DNA of 32,000 nt from Bacillus subtilis subsp. subtilis str. 168 (GTDB taxonomy: Bacteria; Bacillota; Bacilli; Bacillales; Bacillaceae): positions 1,110,001 to 1,142,000 of the forward strand of contig NC_000964.3 in NCBI RefSeq assembly GCF_000009045.1. The letters run 5' to 3'. Positions 9,162-17,465 of this stretch are shown piece after piece. Position numbers and translations under genes: made by a program. The notes below the pieces were generated by a model that worked only from the letters and a program-made list of their open reading frames with translations, was not told the origin of the DNA and did no database searches. Position 1 is the first letter of the stretch. Each line of letters opens with the position of its first letter.

Positions 9162-10631
9162 TTAGGCCGCCTGATCGGCCGCAGCGCTTTTCGCCTTCCT
9201 TGTCATAAGGCTGACTGCCATCATGACCGTGATATTCAAAAGCAGGGCGACGATGCCGACATTCAAGTCTTTTGCGGCTTGCGGCAGAGCCGGAAATAAA
9301 GTGCCGATCGTCGTTTCCGTCATTGTAATATAAGTAACTGCTCCGACACCTGCAATAATGCCGGCGAAAGCTCCTTGCTTTGTCACCATATTATGCTTGA
9401 GCAGGCTGAACAAAAGGGCGGGGAATAGCTGTGTGACAAGGCTGTAGCCCATCAAAAGCAGCGTAACGATGGTATTCCCGCCTTTGAAGGTAAAATACAC
9501 CGAAATCAGCGCAATCACCGGCACTAAAAACTTAGCAAGCGCCGATACTTGCTGTTCTGTCGTGCGGGGCGCGATTACCTTGTACACATTTTTTGCAAAC
9601 AGTGTGGAGGCGGACATTAAGATCATAGACCCTGGCACAAGTGCTGTCAGCAGTCCGGCAGCACCGATAATTCCGACAAACCAAGGGTCAAATGCTTGCA
9701 GAGACAGTCTCAAAAGCGACAAATCCCCGTCTGCGCCATTCAGATCTGGAACTTGCAGGATAGCCGCAAAGCCGACGAAAAGGACGAAGAGCAGGACCAG
9801 CTGGTACAAAGGCATGATGATGGCGTTTTTACGAAACACTTTTGGGTTTTCGGCTGAATACGAAGCGGAAAACGTGTGAGGCCACATGTAAAAACCAAGC
9901 GCTGTCAAGAGTACGGTTGAACTGAACCAGGCCACACTTTGTCCCGATTCGGGGAGCGTAAGAAAGCCAGGCTTTGCCGTTTCAATCTGCTGAAACATGT
10001 CTTGAAATCCGCCGTAGTAATGAATTGGCAAATACACACCTAAAAACAGAACGACAACCAGAATCATGATGTCCTTCACAACCGATATCCAGGCAGACCC
10101 GTGAATGCCTGAAACCATAACATAAACCGTGATGGAAACAGCGCCGATCCAGATGGCAGCGGTCGGGGTGATTTTGCCGTACGAGGTTTCCGATACAATC
10201 AGCCCGAGGCCTTTCAGCTGCAGTACAAGATAGGGAATGAGTGCGGCGATGCCGACCAGTGAAACGAGAATGCCAAGCAGCGGACTGTTGTATTTTTTTG
10301 TGAAAAAATCAGACTGCGACATCAGTTTATGCTGTTTCGCGTACGTCCAAACTGCTGGAAGAAGCCAGTAAGAAAGGATGTAGGCCAGACATCCGTAGGC
10401 GATGATATAAAAGGCTGGACCGCCTTTTCCGTAGGCCCAGCCGCTGCCGCCGAGAAACGTAAAAGTAGTATAAATTTCGCCTGCCATCAAAAGGAAGACG
10501 AAAACAGTTCCGAAGCCGCGCCCTCCGACCGTCCACTGCTCCAGGTTCATGTCTTTTCCTTTTTGGGCGCGTATACCGAGAAAAATACTCAAGAGCAGGA
10601 CACCGAAGATGATGATGAGAGCTGCATTCAT
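9162..10631 (-). CDS. yhjB: Sodium:solute symporter (SSS) family permease, substrate unknown
   Basis: This is a 489-aa polytopic membrane protein of SSS-family appearance. Its ATG overlaps the yhjC stop as ATGA. Confidence 0.85.
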   Translation of the reverse strand: MNAALIIIFGVLLLSIFLGIRAQKGKDMNLEQWTVGGRGFGTVFVFLLMAGEIYTTFTFLGGSGWAYGKGGPAFYIIAYGCLAYILSYWLLPAVWTYAKQHKLMSQSDFFTKKYNSPLLGILVSLVGIAALIPYLVLQLKGLGLIVSETSYGKITPTAAIWIGAVSITVYVMVSGIHGSAWISVVKDIMILVVVLFLGVYLPIHYYGGFQDMFQQIETAKPGFLTLPESGQSVAWFSSTVLLTALGFYMWPHTFSASYSAENPKVFRKNAIIMPLYQLVLLFVLFVGFAAILQVPDLNGADGDLSLLRLSLQAFDPWFVGIIGAAGLLTALVPGSMILMSASTLFAKNVYKVIAPRTTEQQVSALAKFLVPVIALISVYFTFKGGNTIVTLLLMGYSLVTQLFPALLFSLLKHNMVTKQGAFAGIIAGVGAVTYITMTETTIGTLFPALPQAAKDLNVGIVALLLNITVMMAVSLMTRKAKSAAADQAA

Positions 10632-10828
10632 TCTGCTTCCTCCTTTTTATTTTCCTTGTCGAGGACATACACAATCGCCATCAGCGCAGAGGTCAAAAGA
10701 GCCCACATCACAATATAGGCAAGAATAAACGGCATGCCGAACACATAGGGGGTCACCTTATTTGCAAAAGGGATGCCGAGTAAGATTCCGATAAAGGGTA
10801 AAGCGGCAAGAACGTGAATCAGTTTCAT
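10628..10828 (-). CDS. yhjC: Small two-TM membrane protein (DUF3311-like) coupled to the SSS permease
   Basis: The protein is 66 aa and hydrophobic with an acidic tail. An AGGAGG RBS (plus cctcct, 10834-10839) lies upstream. It is translationally coupled to yhjB. Confidence 0.75.
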   Translation of the reverse strand: MKLIHVLAALPFIGILLGIPFANKVTPYVFGMPFILAYIVMWALLTSALMAIVYVLDKENKKEEAE

Positions 10829-11035
10829 AGAATCCTCCTTCTATTTAGGATTGAGGTGTACAAGCCTAAGCGTACTGAAAATGATGTCGCAGATATCGCA
10901 GCACATGTCATTTTTTGGAGTGAAAGGCTGTGGTTCGAATTATAAATAAATTTATTTTGTTTGTATAGTGTGAATTGTCTGAAATTAATGCTCTGAATCG
11001 CCCGAAGAGGGAACGGGCAGTATGATTCAAAAGGC

Positions 11036-11398
11036 TCAGAGTCTGTCTGGGGCAAATAGATAGTATGTTAATAATTCGCTGACCTGCTCACGGATTCGCG
11101 GATTAAAATAGCGATGGTTTTCTTCATAACCGTCGATGACAAATGTATAGAGTGTAAAGGCCTCATCGCGTTCCGTCTCGCGGATTGCAATTTTTCTTTT
11201 CCTCAGTTCTTTTCTGACCTCCATCAAATCCTTTTGTGCTATTTTTAATGATTCGCTGATAAGCTGTTTATAAGGATGCTTCAATTTTAATGTGCTTTCT
11301 TCAATTCCGGCGAGATCACGGTTAAAAATCGTAATGGCCATGGGCAAAAAGAGAGCCCGTTCAATTAAATCGTATATTTCCTCCTGCAGATTTGGCAT
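11036..11398 (-). CDS. yhjD: Hypothetical cytoplasmic protein, function unknown
   Basis: This is a 120-aa ORF with an ATG start, and GAAGGAG lies just upstream (plus ctccttc, 11405-11411). I recognise no domain. Confidence 0.7.
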   Translation of the reverse strand: MPNLQEEIYDLIERALFLPMAITIFNRDLAGIEESTLKLKHPYKQLISESLKIAQKDLMEVRKELRKRKIAIRETERDEAFTLYTFVIDGYEENHRYFNPRIREQVSELLTYYLFAPDRL

Positions 11399-11549
11399 AT
11401 TGACTCCTTCTTTCTAAGGGAACGTTTGTTCTATTTGTATTCTATATCGGCTGGTGAAATGTTTCAAGACAGAAAAAATCACCAAAACTTTTTAGTTTTC
11501 TGCTGATAATGTGTAGAATAAGGATAGACAAACCCGGTAAGGAGTATAA

Positions 11550-12173
11550 ATGTTGGAGCATTTTTTATCCTATTTGACACAAGAACATTTAACTGAATTA
11601 TTTCAAAGCTATAGGGCTTTCGGTCCGCTCATTGCTGTGCTGCTGCCTTTAATTGAAGCATTTCTCCCGTTTTTGCCGCTGATCGTGTTTGTGGTGGCGA
11701 ATACGAACTCGTTTGGCTTGTGGGAAGGATTCATCCTATCCTGGGCGGGATCAACTGCTGGTTCCATTCTCGTCTTTTTGATTGTCCGTCAATACGGACA
11801 GAGAAAATTGCTTGGATTTATCCGCAGTCATCCGTCTGTCAGAAAGCTGATGTTATGGGTGGAAAGACACGGCTTCGGTCCCATGTTTCTTCTGCTTTGT
11901 TTTCCATTTACACCGTCAGCCGCGGTGAATGTTGTTGCCGGTTTGTCAAGGATCGGAACGCGGCCGTTTATTTTGGCGGCAGCCTCGGGGAAGCTTGTCA
12001 TGATTTTTATGATCAGCTTCATCGGATATGATCTGCACGCGCTGATTACACAGCCGATTCGAACGGTCATCGCCGTATTGGTGATCACTGTCTTATGGTA
12101 TGTCGGCAAAAAGGTGGAGCGGTATCTGCATGTAAGAGCCAGTCAGCGTGAGCATGATGGAGGGAGACAGTAA
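11550..12173 (+). CDS. yhjE: DedA / SNARE-associated family membrane protein
   Basis: The protein is 207 aa with a DedA-like layout (AFLPFLP...GSTAGSILVFLIVRQYG...). A TAAGGAG RBS lies upstream. Its stop TAA (12171-12173) is 1 nt from the sipV ATG. Confidence 0.85.
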   Translation: MLEHFLSYLTQEHLTELFQSYRAFGPLIAVLLPLIEAFLPFLPLIVFVVANTNSFGLWEGFILSWAGSTAGSILVFLIVRQYGQRKLLGFIRSHPSVRKLMLWVERHGFGPMFLLLCFPFTPSAAVNVVAGLSRIGTRPFILAAASGKLVMIFMISFIGYDLHALITQPIRTVIAVLVITVLWYVGKKVERYLHVRASQREHDGGRQ

Positions 12174-12174
12174 C

Positions 12175-12681
12175 ATGAAAAAACGGTTTTGGTTTCTTGC
12201 CGGTGTAGTGTCCGTTGTTCTCGCCATTCAGGTTAAAAATGCTGTCTTTATTGATTACAAGGTAGAAGGCGTCAGTATGAACCCGACCTTCCAGGAAGGA
12301 AACGAATTGTTGGTCAATAAATTTTCGCATCGATTTAAAACCATCCATCGTTTTGACATCGTCCTTTTTAAAGGCCCTGATCATAAAGTGCTGATTAAAC
12401 GGGTAATCGGCTTGCCCGGTGAAACGATCAAATATAAAGATGATCAGCTGTATGTGAACGGAAAGCAGGTTGCTGAGCCATTTTTGAAGCATTTGAAATC
12501 TGTTTCTGCCGGCAGCCATGTAACGGGTGATTTTTCTTTGAAAGATGTGACGGGAACAAGCAAGGTGCCGAAAGGAAAATATTTTGTCGTTGGAGATAAT
12601 CGCATATACAGCTTCGACAGCCGGCATTTTGGTCCGATAAGAGAAAAAAATATTGTCGGTGTGATTTCTGATGCCGAATAA
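12175..12681 (+). CDS. sipV: Type I signal peptidase SipV
   Basis: The protein is 168 aa from the ATG at 12175, with GGAGGGA upstream. It has the S26 peptidase motifs GVSMNPT (Ser), KRVIGLPGE (Lys) and GDNRIYSFDSR. Confidence 0.93.
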   Translation: MKKRFWFLAGVVSVVLAIQVKNAVFIDYKVEGVSMNPTFQEGNELLVNKFSHRFKTIHRFDIVLFKGPDHKVLIKRVIGLPGETIKYKDDQLYVNGKQVAEPFLKHLKSVSAGSHVTGDFSLKDVTGTSKVPKGKYFVVGDNRIYSFDSRHFGPIREKNIVGVISDAE

Positions 12682-12712
12682 AAAGACGCTAATTGAAGAG
12701 GCGTCTTTTTGT
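12681..12712 (+). terminator. Intrinsic terminator after sipV
   Basis: The sequence aaagacgc-N11-gcgtcttt is followed by tt. Confidence 0.75.
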
Positions 12713-12732
12713 ATGCCGTTTGGAAAAATGTG

Positions 12733-12784
12733 TTGAAGAAAAATTTGTAAGGAGCTATAATCAAAATTGTTACCTGTGTAACAA
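12733..12784 (+). promoter_or_regulatory. Candidate sigmaA promoter for yhjG with an 18-bp palindromic operator at the predicted start site
   Basis: The -35 is TTGAAG (12733-12738), followed by a 17-nt spacer and a perfect -10 TATAAT (12756-12761). The palindrome TTGTTACC-TG-TGTAACAA follows at 12767-12784. Confidence 0.6.
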
Positions 12785-12861
12785 AATTTATATATTTTTT
12801 TGACTGGAGGGCCGTTTTTATTGGTTTTTGTTCGTTTTTCATGAAACAAAAGGAGTGGTGA

Positions 12862-14361
12862 ATGATGATGAAATATGAAGCAGTGATTATAGGAGGAGGG
12901 CCGGTTGGATTTATGCTGGCTTCTGAGCTTGCAATAGCCGGAGTGGGAACATGTGTGATTGAACGGCTTGAAAAACCTGTTCCGCATTCCAAGGCGTTGA
13001 CGCTGCACCCCCGAACGCTGGAGCTTCTTGAGATGAGAGGGATTTTAGAGCGGTTCGTATCCAAGGGAAGCAAGATACCTACCGGACATTTTTCAATGCT
13101 GGATACCCGTCTGGATTTTTCAGGCTTGGATACGAGCTGTCCTTACACGCTTTTGCTCCCGCAGTCCAAAACAGAAAAGCTTCTTGAAGATCATGCACGA
13201 AGCCTGGGAACAGAGGTGTTTCGGGGTGCCGAGGCGCTGGCGGTTACGCAAAACGGGGAAGCGGTCCAAACAATTTTTAAGGATCGGGACGGCAGTGTAC
13301 GGACGATCACAAGCAAGTTTGCCGTTGGGGCAGATGGCGCCGGGAGTACCGTCCGGAAACAGGCGAAAATTGAGTTTCCGGGAACAGACAGCACTGTCAC
13401 CGCTGCGCTTGGGGATGTGGTGCTCCTTTCTCCGCCGCCGTCAGGTGTGCTGTCCCTTTGCACAAAAGAGGGCGGTGTTATGATTGTTCCGTTATCTCCA
13501 GACCGATACCGTGTCGTTGTGATCAGCCCTTATCGCACACAAACGCCGAAAGATGTGCCTGTGACTGAGGAAGAGCTGAAAGCTGACCTCCTGCGAATTT
13601 GCGGAACTGACTTCGGTTTAACCGACCCTTCGTGGATGTCGCGGTTTGGGAACGCCGCGCGCCAAGCGAAACGGTATCGGGACGGCAGAATCTTTCTTGC
13701 GGGTGATGCCGCGCATATTCATTTTCCGGCGGGCGGGCAAGGACTGAATGTCGGCCTTCAGGATGCAATGAACCTCGGGTGGAAACTGGCGGCGGCCATC
13801 AAAGGCTCTGCGCCTTCTTGGCTTTTGGACAGCTACCATGATGAGCGGCATCCGGCAGCGGAAGGGCTCCTCAGAAACACGGAGGCACAGACAAAGCTGA
13901 TCGATTTCACTCAAGCAGGCCTCCATTTGCGAAGCATGATGTCGGAGCTGCTGGCCTTCCCTGATGTGAATCGATATGTAGCGGGGCAAATTTCTGCGCT
14001 CGATGTCAGATATGAAGCTGATCGTACCATGCCGCCGAATCGTTTGAACGGGGCAAGGCTCCCTGACATGAAGCTGATTCTTTCCGACGGCAATTCGGAA
14101 CGGCTGTACAGCTTTCTCCAAAACGGGACATTCGTTTTGCTGTCATTGAGGCAGGAAGCTGATGATCATATCGAAGTAAAAGGCTTACGTACGGTAACCG
14201 CCTCGCTTGCAGAACCGAATGAAAAGTTGCGGAATGTGCATACCATATTGATTCGTCCCGATGGACATGTAGCCTGGGCGGTGGATGCATCAGCGCCCGA
14301 TTGTTCCGAGGTGATTCAAAAAGGGATCAGCCGCTGGTTTTCCGTCACCAGCCGAGTATAA
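12862..14361 (+). CDS. yhjG: FAD-dependent aromatic-ring monooxygenase (PheA/TfdB-type hydroxylase)
   Basis: The protein is 499 aa, with VIIGGGPVGFMLA (the ADP-binding fold) and GDAAHIHFPAGGQGLNVGLQDAMNLGWKL. An AAAGGAG RBS is present. Confidence 0.88.
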   Translation: MMMKYEAVIIGGGPVGFMLASELAIAGVGTCVIERLEKPVPHSKALTLHPRTLELLEMRGILERFVSKGSKIPTGHFSMLDTRLDFSGLDTSCPYTLLLPQSKTEKLLEDHARSLGTEVFRGAEALAVTQNGEAVQTIFKDRDGSVRTITSKFAVGADGAGSTVRKQAKIEFPGTDSTVTAALGDVVLLSPPPSGVLSLCTKEGGVMIVPLSPDRYRVVVISPYRTQTPKDVPVTEEELKADLLRICGTDFGLTDPSWMSRFGNAARQAKRYRDGRIFLAGDAAHIHFPAGGQGLNVGLQDAMNLGWKLAAAIKGSAPSWLLDSYHDERHPAAEGLLRNTEAQTKLIDFTQAGLHLRSMMSELLAFPDVNRYVAGQISALDVRYEADRTMPPNRLNGARLPDMKLILSDGNSERLYSFLQNGTFVLLSLRQEADDHIEVKGLRTVTASLAEPNEKLRNVHTILIRPDGHVAWAVDASAPDCSEVIQKGISRWFSVTSRV

Positions 14362-14366
14362 TTCAA

Positions 14367-14416
14367 TTCGATTGTTTCATCTGTAACAAAACGGTATGAT
14401 AGAAGAAACAATCGAA
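14367..14416 (+). promoter_or_regulatory. Candidate yhjH promoter embedded in inverted repeats (putative MarR operator)
   Basis: The -35 is TTGTTT (14372-14377), followed by a 17-nt spacer and a -10 TATGAT (14395-14400). An 18-bp palindrome, TTGTTTCA-TC-TGTAACAA, lies at 14372-14389. A perfect 12-bp inverted repeat, ttcgattgtttc (14367-14378) / gaaacaatcgaa (14405-14416), brackets the promoter. Confidence 0.55.
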
Positions 14417-14437
14417 TGAAAAAGGATGGAAAACCCG

Positions 14438-14965
14438 ATGAACACAGATCATACGAAACGCAATCTTTTTGAATTGTATGCGGAGCTCATTCATCAGCAG
14501 GAGAAATGGGAGGGGCTTATTAAAGCCTTTTTATCTGACGAATTGAGGAAGCTGGATGTAGAGCACGGGAGTAAATCTCAATTGACGATGACAGAAATTC
14601 ATGTTCTATCCTGTGTCGGGGACAATGAACCAATTAATGTCACGTCGATAGCAGAAAAAATGAATACGACAAAAGCGACTGTATCACGCATCAGCACAAA
14701 ATTGCTCGGCGCAGGCTTCCTTCACAGAACACAGCTCAGCGATAATAAAAAGGAGGTCTACTTCCGATTGACGCCTGCTGGAAAAAAGCTGCACAGTTTG
14801 CACAAATATTATCATCAGAAGGCTGAACAGCGTTTTCTGTCATTTTTTGACCGCTATACCGAGGAAGAGATTCTTTTTGCGGAACGGCTGTTTCGGGATC
14901 TGGTGACAAAATGGTATCCGTCGTCAGAAGAAATTGAAGGGGGGCTTCCTAGCATTTTTAAATAA
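14438..14965 (+). CDS. yhjH: MarR-family transcriptional regulator
   Basis: The protein is 175 aa from the ATG at 14438, with AAAGGA upstream. The winged-helix region is TMTEIHVLSCVGDNEPINVTSIAEKMNTTKATVSRISTKLLGAGFL. Confidence 0.85.
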   Translation: MNTDHTKRNLFELYAELIHQQEKWEGLIKAFLSDELRKLDVEHGSKSQLTMTEIHVLSCVGDNEPINVTSIAEKMNTTKATVSRISTKLLGAGFLHRTQLSDNKKEVYFRLTPAGKKLHSLHKYYHQKAEQRFLSFFDRYTEEEILFAERLFRDLVTKWYPSSEEIEGGLPSIFK

Positions 14966-14993
14966 AAAACACGCACTGCGGTGCGTGTTTTTC
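14964..14993. terminator. Bidirectional intrinsic terminator between convergent yhjH and glcP
   Basis: The sequence aaaaaa-cacgcac-tgcg-gtgcgtg-ttttt has a stem flanked by A- and T-runs. Confidence 0.85.
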
Positions 14994-15122
14994 GCTTTGT
15001 TTCTATCTTTTTCAAGGCTGTAACGTAAATCAGATTTCCTCTTGAAGAATGAAATTCAAGATGTTCAGGAATTTGCACTGCTTATACGATATGTCTATTA
15101 GTATCTTTATTTTATACGTTTT

Positions 15123-16328
15123 CTACTGTGTTTTTGATGCTTTGTTTTCAAGTGAAATAGGGTCTTCTGTTTTAGTTCTCCTAATCTTTACAGAAATACC
15201 TACTAGAATGACCGCCATAGTTGTAAATATTCCCATGGTTAATAAGATCGTATCCTGGTTTAAACTCCATCCAATTAAGAAAGAGATGATCGCTCCTCCG
15301 AAACTTGCCGAGGCAATAAATAAACTTGTAACTTCGTCAACGTACTTCTGAATAATGATTGATGCTAGTGTTAAAGCAATGGGAAATATCCCCGCTATAC
15401 TTAGGCCAATCAAAAATGTACCACTCAATTGAAGTATTGGGTTACTTATATAAGAGAAGGCAATCAACAAAACAATTAAACAACTACAGCTAAAAAGAAG
15501 GTATTTGGAAAAATCAAGCCTTCTACTTACGAAACCAATCAATATTCTTCCTATGATGATCCCTACCCAGAAAAAGGAGACACTTATAAGACTAATTTGT
15601 TCATTGTCTTGGTTTATCATGATTGAAGGTAAAAAGTTGGCAAAATTTGTTTCAATTCCAGCATATAGGAAAGCGAAAAATACAAAAAAGCCTAATTGCT
15701 TTGATTTTTTTCTATCTCCTATAAAGTATTGAAATGCTCCTCCATCTGGAAAGGTCACTTGTTGGTTAGCATTCTTAGCGTACTCTCGGTTCTTAGACAA
15801 GAAAATTAACCACCCTACGAATAGGACGAATAAAAAGGTGAATATACAGTAATATGGTAAAAACCAGTTATTGATATCTATGAAGGAATTAATTAATAAT
15901 GGGAAAGATAAAGCGCCTAATCCAAAGAGAACTTCCAGCTTACTCATTTTTTCTGCATTACTTTCGAAATTAGCAATAACAAATGAACCAACTGTCGTTT
16001 CTAATGTGCCTGCTCCATATCCTAAGAGAAAAGCCATTACAATAATATAATACCAATCCTTGGTTAGAAAAAAGATACTTAACGCTACAAGCATTATTGT
16101 CAAAGCTAAAGTAAGTGTCCTAAAATGACTGTATTTCTTAATCATTAAAGGTGCGATTAATACTCCGCTTAGAAATCCGGTAAACTGGAAGAAGATTATG
16201 ACCGAAATATCATCTGTTGTCTTGTTAAAAGCCTCTAATAAAAATGGTGTCAAACTCCCTGTTGATATATGGATAATACCTACTGTAAAAAAGAAAGCAT
16301 ATCCAAATAAATATGTCCCTCTTAACAT
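15123..16328 (-). CDS. glcP: MFS glucose/mannose:H+ symporter
   Basis: The protein is a 401-aa 12-TM MFS protein, and the sequence was recognised as GlcP (YhjI). An AGGGGTG RBS is present. The gene is AT-rich. Confidence 0.88.
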   Translation of the reverse strand: MLRGTYLFGYAFFFTVGIIHISTGSLTPFLLEAFNKTTDDISVIIFFQFTGFLSGVLIAPLMIKKYSHFRTLTLALTIMLVALSIFFLTKDWYYIIVMAFLLGYGAGTLETTVGSFVIANFESNAEKMSKLEVLFGLGALSFPLLINSFIDINNWFLPYYCIFTFLFVLFVGWLIFLSKNREYAKNANQQVTFPDGGAFQYFIGDRKKSKQLGFFVFFAFLYAGIETNFANFLPSIMINQDNEQISLISVSFFWVGIIIGRILIGFVSRRLDFSKYLLFSCSCLIVLLIAFSYISNPILQLSGTFLIGLSIAGIFPIALTLASIIIQKYVDEVTSLFIASASFGGAIISFLIGWSLNQDTILLTMGIFTTMAVILVGISVKIRRTKTEDPISLENKASKTQ

Positions 16329-16346
16329 TCATTACACCCCTATATG

Positions 16347-16377
16347 AAAAAGCAGGAAAGTAAATTCCTGCTTTTTT
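16347..16377 (-). terminator. Hairpin with flanking U-run between ntdC and glcP (partial terminator or processing/stability element)
   Basis: The sequence aaaa-agcaggaa-agtaaa-ttcctgct-ttttt forms a perfect 8-bp stem. It lies 22 nt after the ntdC stop and 18 nt before the glcP ATG. Confidence 0.6.
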
Positions 16378-16399
16378 AGTAACTTCTCTCTTTGAAATA

Positions 16400-17452
16400 C
16401 TAGTTGACTGCTGAAACAGACATGGGTTGAGAGTTGCTGTCTTTCTCAAAGAACATTTCTAATACTTCCTGAGATCTAAAACCATCACTAAAAGAAGGGA
16501 TCTCAACCCAATCATTCTGAGTTGATGCAATCCAATTGATTAACTCGCTTCTAAAAGAATCAGCCCATCCATAAAACTCGTTTGGCGGATCGTTTAATAG
16601 GCTTTGCGGTACTGGGCAGTCTACCACGTTCAAGCCATCTATGAGCTTGTAAACGTGAGGATTACCTGTGTGGTATTTAAACTCTTTTTTGTGTCCAACT
16701 ACCTCAATGCTAAAACCACAGTCTTCAGGTACAGAACACTTTGATGTGATGATATTTACAAATACCTTGTTCTTCAGCTGGCCATAAATTTCTGCATAGT
16801 CATCTACAAGTACCTGTTTATCCTCTTTTGTTTTTACATTTGTGTTCATCTTTGCCCTTACTGATTCTGTGATGAAATCACTCTCGAACAAATACCATAC
16901 CATGTCAATAAGGTGAATACCCAGATCCCCCAATGATCCACTCGTCTTCTTACTATTAGCGTCATCTCTCCAAGTAAACTTCTTACGTCTAAGTGCACTA
17001 TTTTTCTTGAAGTGTACTTTTATGGACAGTATGTTACCTAGTTCATTATTGATAATTAAGCTTTTTAAGATATTTACGTAAGATAAATATCTATAATTAA
17101 ATCCCATACTGGCTCTTACGCTCAACCTTTCAGCAGTATCTTTCATTATGCTTGCTTCTTCAAGAGAAATAGCCATAGGCTTTTCACATAATACATGCTT
17201 ATGTTTTCCTAATGCTTGCAAAGCATGTTCTTTATGGCAAAAGTTTGGTGATGCTACAATTAAACCTTCTGAGGCATCAATTAGTTCATCTACGTTTTCA
17301 AATGACTTCCCGCCGAAAGTTTTCACAAAGCTTTCCGCATTTTGTTGATTTATGTCATATACCCCTACTAACTCTGCATTTTTTATTGTAGATAAAGCAG
17401 TTGCATGCGCTCTTGCAATACCACCTGCACCTATGATGCCTATCTTCTTCAT
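16400..17452 (-). CDS. ntdC: NAD-dependent glucose-6-phosphate 3-dehydrogenase (Gfo/Idh/MocA family)
   Basis: The protein is 350 aa from the ATG at 17450-17452, with AGGAGG 8 nt upstream. It has the MKKIGIIGAGGIARAHA Rossmann motif. The sequence was recognised as NtdC (YhjJ). Confidence 0.88.
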   Translation of the reverse strand: MKKIGIIGAGGIARAHATALSTIKNAELVGVYDINQQNAESFVKTFGGKSFENVDELIDASEGLIVASPNFCHKEHALQALGKHKHVLCEKPMAISLEEASIMKDTAERLSVRASMGFNYRYLSYVNILKSLIINNELGNILSIKVHFKKNSALRRKKFTWRDDANSKKTSGSLGDLGIHLIDMVWYLFESDFITESVRAKMNTNVKTKEDKQVLVDDYAEIYGQLKNKVFVNIITSKCSVPEDCGFSIEVVGHKKEFKYHTGNPHVYKLIDGLNVVDCPVPQSLLNDPPNEFYGWADSFRSELINWIASTQNDWVEIPSFSDGFRSQEVLEMFFEKDSNSQPMSVSAVN

Positions 17453-17465
17453 TTTTATTTCCTCC

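Noticed and set aside
11000-11018. A hairpin, GCCCG-N9-CGGGC, lies just downstream of yhjD.
   Set aside because: The stem is only 5 bp and no U-run follows on the transcribed strand. This is not enough to call an intrinsic terminator.
10825-11055. This is a 76-aa minus-strand ORF. Its internal 28-codon version (ATG at 10911) ends in a TGA overlapping the yhjC ATG, which looks like a coupled leader peptide.
   Set aside because: The long form starts inside yhjD, in another frame. The short form has no Shine-Dalgarno sequence, as the upstream sequence is cactccaaaaa. The ATGA overlap alone is not evidence of translation. It remains only a remote possibility, checkable by ribosome profiling.
12085-13073. 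Two long minus-strand ORFs (307 aa at 12085-13008 and 209 aa at 12444-13073) lie antisense to sipV and the start of yhjG.
   Set aside because: They run straight across the sipV terminator and the yhjG promoter/operator, and they have no SD. Their translations are low-complexity with no recognisable motifs. The opposite strand encodes proteins with clear catalytic signatures. They are antisense shadow ORFs.
14367-14416. The 12-bp inverted repeat after yhjG could be read as a yhjG terminator.
   Set aside because: The loop is 26 nt and no T-run follows. The element encloses good -35 and -10 hexamers for yhjH and the shared 18-bp palindrome, so a DNA-level operator role fits better. Read-through from yhjG into yhjH cannot be excluded.
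15049-15351. A 100-aa plus-strand ORF lies at the left edge of the low-GC island.
   Set aside because: It starts in the spacer after the bidirectional terminator and runs antisense into the 3' end of glcP. It has no SD, and its hydrophobic content mirrors the membrane protein on the other strand.
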